Assembly: GCA_946965045.2 (NCBI GenBank)
Contig: OX337232.1
Span: 1,550,001 to 1,614,000, forward strand
Direction: 5' to 3'
DNA from: Epithemia pelagica
Taxonomy: Eukaryota; Protista; Bacillariophyta
DNA length: 64,000 nucleotides
Shown: in pieces, positions 1-12,127 of the stretch
Layout of the letters: each line of letters begins with the position of its first letter
Numbering within the stretch: the first letter of the stretch is position 1
The notes under the pieces: generated by a model
What the model was told of the DNA's origin: nothing
The model's database searches: none
What the model saw: only the letters and a program-made list of their open reading frames with translations
Position numbers and translations under genes: made by a program

Positions 1-908
1 TACTCCAATGTTCTTGTTGTTGTCTGACAGCTATGGGAAGCCTTGATATGTCAAGTGGCCAACATTCAGAATGAGGCAGAATACCAAGGGTGATGAGAAT
101 TGAGAATGATGATGATGGTCCATGTACATGCCAACTTAAATCGAGGGGATGATGCAAGATGCAAGGAGGATGGGATCGATGATGGATGCGAGACGAGCGA
201 ACAAGTGTCCAAAGCAGATGGCTGGACCCGGGTGTCGTTCGGTACTCTCGGTCGTGAACGCAGATGGTCGTACTGAGTTCTGTACGTACACCTGAGCGGT
301 TGTCTCCGAACGCAAAGACACACTCGACTGCAACTGCGACATTTTTTGAAATCCTAGGCGCGTCCGGCGTCGAGCGCGCCGGTCGTCCAGAGCCAATCGC
401 CGGCCTTAAACAATCCCTCGTTCAAATGCTCGTTTAGGATTATTCAAATCCAGGCCTCTACCACAAAAAATAGCATGATTGCTATGGCAATATTAGGAGA
501 GTGAATAATAGAGACCATCCTCCTCGTTGGTTTAGAAGGAGTACTTGTGGCAATCATTTTCGTACATACGCGCATGAGTCAGGGTGTGTCAGTCAAGGCA
601 GAAGGAATGGAACAAGGACAGCAGTGGTGAGGAACATGCCTCTTCCTGCCACCTCAAGCCAAAAGATCAAACGTCAACTTCGCCTCATCAGTTTCAAAAA
701 AGTGCACGTCACCTCCATCCAGATGGCGTCAAAAGACGAAACCGGCTCCATGATGTCCTTGAAGAATCATGTCGCTCATCAAATGTTGAATGGAACGATA
801 CGGTAGCCTCATCGTTCCAGACAATCACCAAATTGTGATGACGACGACCATGGCAAACCAACTGCTGGTGCATATCCTGTTTGTTCTAAGTGACGATCCT
901 TTTCTCGT

Positions 909-3900
909 TTACAATCCCAATCGGCCACGTTTTTTGGGCATGAACCGAGGTGTGGCAGTGAGAGAACTTCGTTGTGCTCCCGGAGTGGCCACAACCGTGC
1001 CAGGTCGTCGTTGGCGCACACTGGCCTGACTGGAGGACGACGTGGTACGTTTCGATTGCTCTTCTTCTTGTCGTTGTTGCTGCTGCTGTTGCTCTCGTTG
1101 TTGCATTTCCCGTTCCATTTGTTGGGCCGTTTCGTGTTGCTGGCGACGCTTGTGCACAATGGTTTCGTAGGATTCCTTGACACTAAAAAACATGGGGCCT
1201 GCTTCGGCCAACCATTCTCCTTCGACAGCCGTCACACAAGACATGTATTCCTTGGTGGTGGAGATCAATTCATGATAACAGACATAATCGGGTGTATAGC
1301 CCAAACCAAAGAGGGCCGAACTGGGGTGGAGGGCCGAAGGGATGCCCGTCAACATGTTGATGTATTCCCCAATGCCCTTGATTTTGGAACTATTGTAAAA
1401 ATAGGCCGCACAAATGGCCTTGCGAATCACATCCCAGGCACCACCGGCCGACTTGGGCTCCAATTTTTGTTGTTTCATCAAATCCAATAATTGGGCATGG
1501 ACCTCCCGGGCCTTGCGCAAGCCCTTGGCATGAATAAAATGCTTGTTGCACCATTCACCATCAAACCGGTACTGTTTGGCTCGCAAGTACACATTCAACA
1601 AGGTCAAGTGATCCGACTCGGGGACAAAAAACTTTTCCCGTGCGGCATCGGATTCTTCCTCGCGGTCCTTGGGCCGAAAAAAGACACTGGGAACCGACAA
1701 CATGCTGACAATAATCAACACTTCCGTCGAACACTCCCCCACAGTGTGTGCCTGCAACAACATTTTGCTCAAGGGTGGATCCAATGGAAAATCCACCATG
1801 CGACGACCCGTTTCCGTCAATTCTCCCGTATTGTCCAAAGCACCCAGAATCCACAATTGGTACATGGAATTCATGATATTGTCTTGTGGCGGAGGATCCA
1901 TAAAGGCAAAATCCAAAAGGTTTTGAATTCCCAGCGACTTGAGCAACAACACTACATTGCTCAAGTTGGTACGTTGAATTTCTGGCACGGCCGACGCCAT
2001 GAGTTCGTCCCGATACTGCCTGTCCGTGTACAAGCGAAAACAAAAGCCGGGCCCGGTTCGACCGGCACGACCGGACCGTTGATTGGCATTGGCTTGACTA
2101 ATGGGAGTGACCAACAGAGCATCCATACCAATCTTGGGATTGTACACCTTCAACTTGCAAAACCCCGAATCAATCACGTACCGAATCCCATCCACTGTGA
2201 GAGAGGTTTCTGCCACATTGGTCGACACAATGCACTTGCGAATCCCCTCGGGTGCGGCTTCAAAAATCTTGGCTTGCAAATCAGCGGGAAGTTGACTGTA
2301 CATGGGTAATACCAAAAGTGGAGAAGAGTCTTGGCCCAACTTTTCCATCTTCTCTGCCAACACTTGACAGGTTCCTTCAATGTCTTCTTGTCCCGTCATA
2401 AAGATGAGAATATCACCGGGTGGACTGTTGAAATGAATTTGCATTGTTTGTTTTACAGCTGCCATCACGTAATCTTCTTGCACTGTTTTGGAATAGTAGG
2501 TTTCCACCTTGAAGGTACGACCGGGAATGCGAAAAATGGGAACGCCTCCAAAATAATCACTAAAGACGTCTGCACTCAATGTGGCACTCGTCACAATCAA
2601 TTTCAAATCCGATCGACGAGCTGCCACTTGACGAAGGACACCAAACAAGACGTCCGTGTTCAAGGACCGCTCGTGCGCTTCGTCCATGACCAGGGCACTG
2701 TATTTATTGAGATCTGGATCGTTCAGACTTTCGCGGAGTAATACACCATCTGTCATGTACTTGATGAGAGTATGTTCACTGGTACAATCTTCAAATCGGA
2801 TTGTGTACCCTACGGTTCCACCCAAGTCCTCTCGTTCGTCCAGCGGACGTTTGCCTTTTTCTTTGACACCTGATGATACTTCCTCGCAAACGCGCTTTGC
2901 TACACTCATGGCTGCCACACGCCGCGGCTGCGTACATCCGACCAACCCATATTCGCAGTACCCTTCTTCCATGAGATACTGGCACAGCTGTGTTGTCTTC
3001 CCTGAACCAGTTTCACCAACTACAATGCAAATGTTGTTTTCGCGAATGACATTCAGCAATTCTTCCCGAACAGTAAACACTGGCAAGAACTCCCTACCAA
3101 TCGAAAGTAAAAAGAAGTCATTGAGAAGGTCCGAGAGAGAGCAAGAAAGCGAGTTTTCAACACAACGCTGGCTTCTACGTACCGTTGTTGACGAATGGAT
3201 TTGGTCTTCGCAAATTCGGATACAGCTCCATCTTTTTTGCCTGGCTCGTTTGTTTTCACATGTTGGGCGAATCCCGTGGACTTTTTGTAGTCAATTTCCC
3301 CTCCACCCCCGTCTTTCTCGTTGGAACCTTCCCCTTCATTGGTAGTCTCTTTCGTGTCGCCCTGAACTCCTACCGCTTGTCCCATGCGAGTACCTCCCAA
3401 CTCCCAGAATTTTTGTCGCATCGTGTTCTTCTCCTTCTTGGCCCGGACAACACGCAGGGTCTCAGACCCTTGTCGTGCCATTTTACTAAAATCCGATGAA
3501 TTGTCCTTCACCGTTGGTACGGCATCTCGAATGGTGGAGAACGATACTCGGCCGTCCAAAAACGGCGGTTTGACTTGATGCACTAGTAGTGTGACCCTTG
3601 TGTCTTGCTCTGTCCGCACATTATCCAAGGATATTGGGCCTTGCAAGGCAGCTCCTGAAGAGAGGAGACGATTGTTTTCCCAAGCGTCTTGGTCGTCTTG
3701 TAATGCCGACTGGCGAGCGTTGAATTTACGACCAGCGAGTCCATTTTGTCGTCGCTGATCCATTTCCTTCTCTCGAGCTTCAATCTTGGCACTAGTGTAC
3801 AAGAAACGACCCAAATCCTGCTGTTGCTGGTCTCCTCCATACTGCTGCTGGTCCACTACATAGTGTCCTTCATCCTCCTGCAAATAAAAGTCACGATCAA

Positions 3901-5161
3901 ACGAATTATTGTCATCCTCTTCTGCCAAATTGGTAGGTCGTATTTTGCCATCCCGCGGAAGCAGAAAATCATCCGTGGTATCACGATGCATGGGTGCTGG
4001 TGTTTCCACATCCCATGCATTGCTCCTCTTGCTTGACGGCGCTGAACTTCGGTCTGTCCCATGTCGAGACGTACTCGCATCCGTCTCACGTCTCGGCGTC
4101 GGCGCCATGGCCGTTCGATGGGATGAATCCAACGATGACATTTCGGAATGGGGGCGTCCTCTACGAGATGACGAGGACGGGCGTCCCGATTCTCGACCAT
4201 TGATGGAGGAAGATTGGGTTGACGGAGTAACACGTTGGTGATTTTGCTGCGAACGAGGAGGAGGGGGCATGGTCCGATCTCCGTAGTTTTGTCGTTCTTG
4301 TTCATGCTGGGGACGACGACGGTAACTTTCACCGCGTGAGTCCCGACGGTGGTCTCGTCGGTCAACGGTAGATGAATGTGGTGGTGGGGAATCTTGTCGC
4401 CGTCGTCTCGATTCTTCTTCGTGGTAATCTCGACCACGTCGGCGGTCGCGGTCTCTGTCACTTCTGCTGGACGAATCGTCGTTGTGCGCTCTCTCGTCTC
4501 CCCTTCTACTTCTATAGCCACCATCATACGATCGACCCCTGTCATCATCGTCCTCATACCCCGATCTTCTTCGTTTACGCGAGGAGGAACGATCTGAATC
4601 GTCGTAGTCTTCCTGCCGTCTTCCATGTCTCCGACGACGATCATCATCACGATCGTCGTCGTCGTAATCTCTACGATGATAGCCATCACCGGAACGACGG
4701 TCGGATTGAGAAGAAGAATGGGAAATTTGTTGTGATGATCCATATCGACGATTGTGTCGTTCCCTTGCCCGCATTTGGACTTCACGATTGACGCCGCCGG
4801 GATGCGACGGCGTTTCGTCGTACACACGTCGATAATTGCGAGAATGTTGTTGTTCTCGCTGCAGTTTCAATCGCTTGTCCCTATCAACATCGTTTCCTTC
4901 TCGATCAAATTTTCTGTCATCTCGATCTTGCTGGTCTCGTTGTTGTTGCCTTTTCGATGCCGCCAACTTGTCCAGACCCAAACGAGACGACGAGACGGGT
5001 TTCTCCTCCCCACCGTTGTCGCCATTGTCTTTTTTCTTCTTCGAAACTAGTCCTCCTCGTCCAGTCGAAGGAAGCAACGATGTCAATCGAGAGGTTGAAT
5101 CAACGTTTGGACCCTTGTCAACGGTTCGAGAAGACGACGAACTCGTCCGGTTTTCCGCCAT
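909..5161 (-). CDS. PRP16: Pre-mRNA splicing DEAH-box RNA helicase PRP16/DHX38 (2 exons: 5161-3183, 3093-909)
   Basis: Motifs [15 protein letters not shown] and QRSGRAGR; RS/RD-rich N-terminus; QKFWELGG motif. Intron 3094-3182 (GTACGT...TAG) joins the two ORFs to give [20 protein letters not shown]. Confidence 0.95.
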
Positions 5162-5467
5162 GGTCAGGTTTTGAGAGAATTTTGTGACAGGGCTGAGAGA
5201 GGGGCGAAGGCAAGACGGAAAAGTGAGCTATGTGAAGGTAATGAAAATGAGTGGGTAGTTATGGAAATAGTTCAATCTGACAACCTCTACTCCATATCCT
5301 GTTGGTGTTTTCCCTCTCGGAACACTGCTGACTGTAACTTCGCATGGTTCTAGTCTCTTCAGGGTAATAAGCACACCAATCCTGCGAATATAGCATCAGC
5401 CTGGCTATCACGGCCACTCAGCAGTAAACAACATGGTCACGACCACCTGTGACCACGTCTCCATTTA

Positions 5468-6952
5468 TTACGGCAACGATTCTCCCGTTTCCGGCAAGGC
5501 TGCGTTTGTTTCTTTTTCTTGTTCCTTTCGACTTTGACTTCTCCATATCGTGGCCAAAAAACTACCCAAACACGAGTGTACCGTAGCCGAGAGTGCCCCT
5601 GGAAGTTGTGCCAAGGGGGGTGCACCGGCAATGGATCGAGCCAAGACGACGGCCAAGACGGAATTTTGCATTCCCACTTCAATGGACATGGTACGGGAGG
5701 TGGGTCGTGATTTTCCAAAGCCCCATCGTGGAATGATATACCCCAAGGCAAATCCGACACTGTGCAAGCCAATCACCGAGACCGCAGCGCGAGCTAAAAT
5801 CAACGACGCGGCCGAGCTCGTCGATGACATGGACAGGAGTGGAACACTTTGCGCCACGACACCACCACAAATACATCCCACCAACAATGCCGATGCAAGG
5901 GGAGTGAACCGTGAAAGCCATTGCGATAGTTTGGGTGCCTTGGCATTGAGAACCATTCCGACCAAAACAGGCAACAAAATGACTTGCGCCGTGGGCAGCC
6001 ACAAGTCACGGGCCGATACACGCACATGGCTTTGTACCAAGAGTTGTACCAAACAGGGTGTCACCACGACGGCACAGAGGGTGGAACAGGCCGTCAATAC
6101 CACCGATAAGGCTACATTGGCTTGCGCAATGAGTGTGACAAGATTGGATGCTGTGCCGCCGGGAGAACAGCCGACTAAGCAAAGGCCCAGAAAAAGACTG
6201 GCACCCACCGAGGAGGAGGAACCACCGGACGAAGATATGGTGGCTGCTGTGGCGACATTCGTCACGGATGGCGGTAGTGTCAGCAACAAGGCACGACCCA
6301 CCGTCCATGCGGTCAATGGCATAATGAGGAATTGACAGGCCACACCAAGGGGTACAGACGACCAGTTTTGTCGTACCACATTTTCAAAGTCTTTGGGTTG
6401 CAAGGTTAACCCCGTTCCACACATGACACTGGCCAACATGAGCGTGACGAGGTTGCCCTGATTGACCCATTTCATGGAGGATGGAGCCACAAAGCCAAGT
6501 ATCGAGAAAAGTACAACGTACAAGGGAAAGGCAGACGTGCAACGCGAAAGCCATTGGTCCAATTGATTTTCGACAGAAGCATCTGATCCGGACTCTTCCT
6601 TTGATGACATTTCATGTTTCTCTTCCAATGGCTCATCATTCTCGCTGGAATCGTCACCTACCATGGCGAGGAAATTTCTGTTTTTTCGCGACTTTGTATT
6701 TCTTGCGATTCTTGATGGAAGTTTCGTTATCATCCAAGAACGACTTGTTGCTGTAGTGGAGGAGGAGGATGTTAGGGACCAACAATGCGTATTTCTGTTT
6801 TCAAAAGCCTGATCTTTTTGAATTGGCTGCAGTGCGGTCGGAACTCTGACAATATACGCATTGTTGGATGGAGAATACAGTAGGGTCACCAGAATTACCC
6901 GTCGAATCCACAAGCCTGTTGGGGTCGCCGTCATGGTTGGCTGCGCCGGCAC
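5468..6952 (-). CDS. Sodium/bile acid symporter family (BASS/SBF) transporter, probably plastid-targeted, BASS2-like
   Basis: GLCLVGCSPGGTASNLVT and SIEVGMQNS family motifs; many TM helices; N-terminal signal peptide followed by NNA-YIV (ASAFAP-like). Confidence 0.88.
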   Translation of the reverse strand: MPAQPTMTATPTGLWIRRVILVTLLYSPSNNAYIVRVPTALQPIQKDQAFENRNTHCWSLTSSSSTTATSRSWMITKLPSRIARNTKSRKNRNFLAMVGDDSSENDEPLEEKHEMSSKEESGSDASVENQLDQWLSRCTSAFPLYVVLFSILGFVAPSSMKWVNQGNLVTLMLASVMCGTGLTLQPKDFENVVRQNWSSVPLGVACQFLIMPLTAWTVGRALLLTLPPSVTNVATAATISSSGGSSSSVGASLFLGLCLVGCSPGGTASNLVTLIAQANVALSVVLTACSTLCAVVVTPCLVQLLVQSHVRVSARDLWLPTAQVILLPVLVGMVLNAKAPKLSQWLSRFTPLASALLVGCICGGVVAQSVPLLSMSSTSSAASLILARAAVSVIGLHSVGFALGYIIPRWGFGKSRPTSRTMSIEVGMQNSVLAVVLARSIAGAPPLAQLPGALSATVHSCLGSFLATIWRSQSRKEQEKETNAALPETGESLP

Positions 6953-8068
6953 TGCTGTATTTGTTTCACTGCTGTATTTGGGTTGGAGAAGATTCCTTCG
7001 ACGAGTGCACCAGAAAATCGTTTGCCAAATCAGTTCAATTCTTGAGAAACCAGAGAAACAAGGTTTTCTAGGTTCACCTAGTTGTCACAATCGTTCATTT
7101 GATTTACGGGATGATGAAAGAACAAAGGGACTACGCCGTGTGCAACACCACCACCATGGTCGTCCAAAACAGTGAACTGCCGACTGCCGGTTCCAAAAGA
7201 TACCAGACGTCTCATTCATGACTGAAAGAGTTACACGGGAGTGAAGAGAAGAGTTCGGTTGTTCCGAATCGCACGAGAACACGTACTTCAACGGTCTCAT
7301 ACAGAGTGTAAGAGCTCAATTTCACTGACCACGAGCGTCATCCGACACGTCATGTTTCACTGGAGCGATATGGTCTACTCCGTAACAATCGATCCGAATC
7401 TCGGGTGTAATTGTGGTCCGTGAAAATTAAACACAAACGATCGGTTGTATCTGAATTCGGTCTGGATTCCCACTGCGACATTGAACCAGAATTTAGTCTC
7501 GATCGGGGGTGATCGGCTGTATAGGTACAAAAAGTACTAATCGGATCACTTCGGGGTGTCGCAACCAGCTGCAAGTGCAAAAGCTCCGTTATGCGAACAA
7601 CCGATGTCGCCTTTGTTCGTGTTGGAACTTTTGGCTTTTTTTTTCGGTTTTCTGGTTGGTCGTCTTTTTCTCTGTTGCCTGCATCTGCATATGGTGCAGG
7701 AAAATTTTTTTCTCATCAAATCCATTCCAACCAACAACAAACGAATATCCAAAACGGAGAGAAAAATAATAAAACAACAGCAGCAACCACAACAACAACA
7801 AAGCATTCGCGATAGTATTGCTGTCTTCCCTTGCGGAAAGGGCGAATGGGTAGTAGCAGAGAATCCATGACTCAAATCATCATGTGCCATCCGTAAAAAA
7901 GTCCAGAACACCAGAGTGTTTGATACTACGATCGGAAGGAAACAACGAGGCCTCTACAATCAGTGGGGAGAAAGCAGTGTTGTCGTGCTTGTTCTGCTCT
8001 GTCGGAGAATTTCGAGCTCGTTGGATTAGAGAGAAGAAAGGTCACATTGTAAGAATAGTTGTATCAAG

Positions 8069-11000
8069 ATGACGGACCTACCTCGATCCAACAAGGAAGA
8101 GACGGCAGTCAAGTCAGTGCCAATGGAAGAGAAAAAGGAGGATTCCAGGCGGAGGACCATGGAGCCATCACCGACGCAAACTCCTGTTGTGGCCAGTGTC
8201 TCGAAACGTTCCGTTCATGGATACACGGCTGTATCAGTGTCGCCCAATCGTGACTATGCCGTTACCGCTAGTCACGATTGTTTGCAATTGGTGTCCATTA
8301 CGTCGGACGGTTTAACCGTAAAGCAAACCATTCCCATTGCGCCTCACTTGGCGGCGGCTGCCACTCAGGTGTCGTCGTGCAGCTCAACCAACACGCTCCC
8401 CATTATGATGACGACAACCACCGCAACCACCAGTACACAATCCTCATCTTCCTTCCAACGACAGTTTCATCGTCATCACCATCGACCTTTGATTATTAGT
8501 GAAGATTTGTTTGAAGAACCGGTTCGATCCTCCAGCACGGGGACCAAGGCTACTTTGGGCTCATCCACTGCTGGTAGCAGTAGTAGTACTGCCGCCACTC
8601 CCAAAACCAGTTTGATCAATGTTGTCATCAACGATGTTGCCTGGAGTAATCCCTTGTGGGAAGCCACATCCTCGCACAATCCACGTAAACAATCCAATCC
8701 TTCCACTCCTAACAATGGACCGCCAACCCAATCCTTTATTGCCGCCTCTGGATCCAATGGAGCCATTGTTGTGTGGCGAGAAGAAACCTTGTTGCCAGCC
8801 GAGCAAAAAAACCGCACTACCAATACTACAAACGGAGGAGAATCAGTCTCACAAAATGCTGCATTGTCCTTGGCTCCGGAAGTTGTACTGGATAAGCACG
8901 TCCGTGCCGTCAATCGATTGGCTTGGCACCCTAAGCGACAAATGCTCTTGTCTGCATCTCATGATCAAACAGTACGATTATGGGAACGCAAACGAATCAA
9001 AGACCCCAACAAGGTCCATCACAAGAAACCCTCTGGCTTTAGTTTTCCCTTTTTTGGTGGTGGTGGAAACACGGCAGACGAGGACACGGACTCGTCCGTG
9101 CCCTTGTATACCTGGCAATGTACCAGTGTCTTTGAACCTAAATGTGAATCGGTACGAGATATTGGTTGGAATCCCTTGGCCGATGATATCTTTGCCCTGT
9201 GTACCAGCAGTGGCTGTTTAGTTGTCTACAATCGTTTTGTTCGGGCCCGCGTCTTGCTCAAGTTAAATGCGCACGACCGCGATGCCACCACCTTACAATG
9301 GCATCCCACTCGTCTCAATACCATTGCCACTGGAGGATCCAATGATCGTCTGGTCAAGGTTTGGAATTTGGAACACGCGCTCCATGCCGTCATGGATCCA
9401 CCGACGACAGCGACCACCGTGGATGCCTTGTCCAACCACAATCAAAATACCTTGTCCAGTGTCCAAACGGAAATTTCCGATGTCAGTACCGATTCCAGTC
9501 TTTCCGTCGGATCCAGAGCCAGTACAGCCGCCATGACGTTTTGTTCCACCTCGTCCTATTCCAGACAAGCACCAGAACATGTCTTGGCTGTGGCCGCACC
9601 TGTCAAACGAGTTCGATGGAGACCGCCCGCCAACAACAACAAGACGACAAATGCGACGGCCGCCTCTAACAGCCCCAATCGTAGCCGCAACACGAGTCCT
9701 AGCCGTCAAGGGAATCGGACCACTCATTTTGTGGACCGTCACGAATCCATGTTGGCCGTCGCAACCGTCCCCGTCAAGGGCGAAAGTGGAGGTGGTTCTG
9801 GCTTTGTGGCACTCTGGTCCTATCATCGACCATTCATGCCGCTTTGTATCATGGAAGGTCACAAGGAAGGAGCGGTCACCGATTTGGTTTGGCTGGATTC
9901 GTCCAGTGTCAACGAAAAGGAACAACATCAGCCAAATGGAACCAATAACAATGTTCGTTTACCGTCGAATCGGGGCATTTGGCAACACATTTTGTCCGTG
10001 GGTAAGGATGGACACTGTCTGGTTCAGAGTCTGGCCAATGGAGAACGCCCAATCACAAATGTTCCACCATCCTGCTTTGCCATGGCCAATCTGTCACCTT
10101 TTCAACGTGGCTATGGTTCATTGCAAATCTTTTCGGTGTCTCAAACTGTGAATCGTGATCCAGATTCGTGGTTGCGAGTCGATGTGGATACGGAATCGGC
10201 ACCAGGAATCTTTCGGGAATCAGCGTCGATTGTGGCTATTCGCGACGAGAACGACACACAACAAAACCGTCATGAACCAGGGATCCAGAGCAATCGAATC
10301 TCTCACAACGAACAACAAACTCGTGAGCGACAAACTCCTACAATTACCTTCCATTCAGTAGATCATGGTGATCTGGATCAAACTGGAAAACCGGTCGTGG
10401 TGATGGAATCCACATGCGATCAAGAAAAAATGGCCATGATAGCCCCCGAAGTGGTTCATATGTCACGGTTTGCGGGGCAATATGTGTTGTACCCAACGTT
10501 AGAATTACCCAGTCGAATCGACATTTGCTTGTACAATTCTCAAGTGGCCGAGACCTTGCGGAACCCAGCTGTGTCCCATATGTGGCACCGTGTAGCGGAG
10601 GAATTGGAGAAGGCAGAAGTGGATTCCTTGGCGGACCAGGATGCGAACGAGACTGATCTTGCTTCTGCAATTCTTGAGATTTTGGAGGAGAGGGCCGACG
10701 ATGGAGATGTACAGTCATGTGTGGCGGTATGCGAAGTTTTGGAAATTGTCAACTCGGACCGGACCACACAAATCCCCTTTTTGGAAATCCAATTGGTCCG
10801 AGAATGGTACCTGTCCTATATTGATCTTCTCCGTAACATGTGTTTGTTCACGTATGCGTGCGATGTGATTCGCAACTGCAAAGATCCCTTTGTGGCGGCG
10901 CAGAACAAACATTCGACGTCCATAGCCGAGTCTTGTCAGATGTGCGGTAAACCGATTTTGGCAGACCGACGAAGCATCGGTCAAACAGACGAAGACAATG

Positions 11001-11341
11001 TCGCTCGTCGTATGTGTAAAACATGCAAAAGAACTATTGGCGTGTGTTCTATTTGTCACGAACCAGTCCGAGGGATGTACATTTGGTGCCCTGGATGTGG
11101 TCATGGTAAGTCCAAACGGATCATTTTTTTTTCTCGCGTCTCTGCTGCTCATAACCTGTCCTTGCTCTTTCCTTTTGTCGTAGGGGGACATTTGGAACAC
11201 ATGATGAGCTGGTTTGCAGTGCGACAAGAATGCCCTACAGGTTGTGGACATGTTTGCAACATGCGTCAGACGCTGAATGCTTTCCCGCGTAGTACGTCGA
11301 TGCGTGAAATGAACCAGCTCGATAGTTCTTCGAATTCATGA
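8069..11341 (+). CDS. WDR24: GATOR2/SEACAT subunit WDR24 (Sea2)-like: WD40 repeats plus C-terminal Zn finger/RING
   Basis: WD repeats (HVRAVNRLAWHP, SASHDQTVRLW, ATGGSNDRLVKVW); WYLSYIDLL helix; C-terminal CSIC..VRG..WC.GCGHGGH..H...WF...ECPTGCGH.C after removing intron 11106-11183. Confidence 0.8.
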   Translation: MTDLPRSNKEETAVKSVPMEEKKEDSRRRTMEPSPTQTPVVASVSKRSVHGYTAVSVSPNRDYAVTASHDCLQLVSITSDGLTVKQTIPIAPHLAAAATQVSSCSSTNTLPIMMTTTTATTSTQSSSSFQRQFHRHHHRPLIISEDLFEEPVRSSSTGTKATLGSSTAGSSSSTAATPKTSLINVVINDVAWSNPLWEATSSHNPRKQSNPSTPNNGPPTQSFIAASGSNGAIVVWREETLLPAEQKNRTTNTTNGGESVSQNAALSLAPEVVLDKHVRAVNRLAWHPKRQMLLSASHDQTVRLWERKRIKDPNKVHHKKPSGFSFPFFGGGGNTADEDTDSSVPLYTWQCTSVFEPKCESVRDIGWNPLADDIFALCTSSGCLVVYNRFVRARVLLKLNAHDRDATTLQWHPTRLNTIATGGSNDRLVKVWNLEHALHAVMDPPTTATTVDALSNHNQNTLSSVQTEISDVSTDSSLSVGSRASTAAMTFCSTSSYSRQAPEHVLAVAAPVKRVRWRPPANNNKTTNATAASNSPNRSRNTSPSRQGNRTTHFVDRHESMLAVATVPVKGESGGGSGFVALWSYHRPFMPLCIMEGHKEGAVTDLVWLDSSSVNEKEQHQPNGTNNNVRLPSNRGIWQHILSVGKDGHCLVQSLANGERPITNVPPSCFAMANLSPFQRGYGSLQIFSVSQTVNRDPDSWLRVDVDTESAPGIFRESASIVAIRDENDTQQNRHEPGIQSNRISHNEQQTRERQTPTITFHSVDHGDLDQTGKPVVVMESTCDQEKMAMIAPEVVHMSRFAGQYVLYPTLELPSRIDICLYNSQVAETLRNPAVSHMWHRVAEELEKAEVDSLADQDANETDLASAILEILEERADDGDVQSCVAVCEVLEIVNSDRTTQIPFLEIQLVREWYLSYIDLLRNMCLFTYACDVIRNCKDPFVAAQNKHSTSIAESCQMCGKPILADRRSIGQTDEDNVARRMCKTCKRTIGVCSICHEPVRGMYIWCPGCGHGKSKRIIFFSRVSAAHNLSLLFPFVVGGHLEHMMSWFAVRQECPTGCGHVCNMRQTLNAFPRSTSMREMNQLDSSSNS

Positions 11342-11544
11342 GTGGATCACTTTGGGAGTGTACTTATGAATTGATGGTAAATTCATGAGGATATGATACA
11401 TTCATGTTCCCTGACAAATATGCAAGTCATGGAACCTCAATGACTTATCCCGTTTCCCAACTGGGCGATATCTTTCGGTCTCAAAGACGGAGACTTTGAT
11501 ACGAGCGGTTCCGCCATCTACTGCAGAACACTGAATGTCTTTTA

Positions 11545-12033
11545 GTGAGAAGAAAGATTCAATGCAAACTTGAGCACCCACAGTATTTTGTTGAAATCGT
11601 GGTACAATGCGTTCCAATAATGGTTTCGTATTGCTATCCACCCTTTGAACATTTTGAAAATGGAGCAAGCTCCCTTGAGGAGCTTTCCCCTCCTCACAAT
11701 GGTGCACTGCTTACAACTTTCTTGTTTTTGGAATACGCTTATGGGGCGAATGGAATTATTGATATCATATGCCATCACATCTTCTCATTTTTTCTATGTG
11801 GAGCAGGGTATATTTCCTACAATACCATTTTGTACATCAAACAGGTTGTAGGAGGCCGCTACCATGGTTATCATAAGAACTACTCCTACATAGCTAATGA
11901 CGTTTTGATACCAAAAGATCCTGTGGGAGCATCTACAATATTTTACATACTGACAAATACAATTCAGTGGTTTGCTTGGGGTAAATATACAGTTCTGTCT
12001 TTTGCGACAACCAATTATGAATGGAGTAGGTAG
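11545..12033 (+). CDS. Doubtful hydrophobic 162-codon ORF in an AT-rich 3' intergenic region
   Basis: Open frame only; it starts with GTG directly after a stop and has no recognisable domain. Confidence 0.15.
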   Translation: MRRKIQCKLEHPQYFVEIVVQCVPIMVSYCYPPFEHFENGASSLEELSPPHNGALLTTFLFLEYAYGANGIIDIICHHIFSFFLCGAGYISYNTILYIKQVVGGRYHGYHKNYSYIANDVLIPKDPVGASTIFYILTNTIQWFAWGKYTVLSFATTNYEWSR

Positions 12034-12127
12034 TCCTCAAGGAATATCCACTAATAGCGATTGACATTAGTATGGGAACTCTTGTCCTCACGGCACCTTG
12101 GAGGAACGAGTGTGCACTTTGAGCCGT

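Noticed and set aside
1-400. Possible 5' end of a minus-strand gene leaving the window (ATG near 341, GTACGT donor, LSDNNKNIGV at the edge, faintly Got1-like)
   Set aside because: Too little sequence, and the exon structure cannot be fixed.
790-801. tggaacgatac matches part of U6 snRNA
   Set aside because: Only 11 nt; the ACAGAGA box and the rest of U6 are absent.
7000-8060. Short ORFs and (CAA)n/T-runs between BASS and WDR24
   Set aside because: Low-complexity divergent promoter/UTR sequence with no repeat boundary or coding signal.
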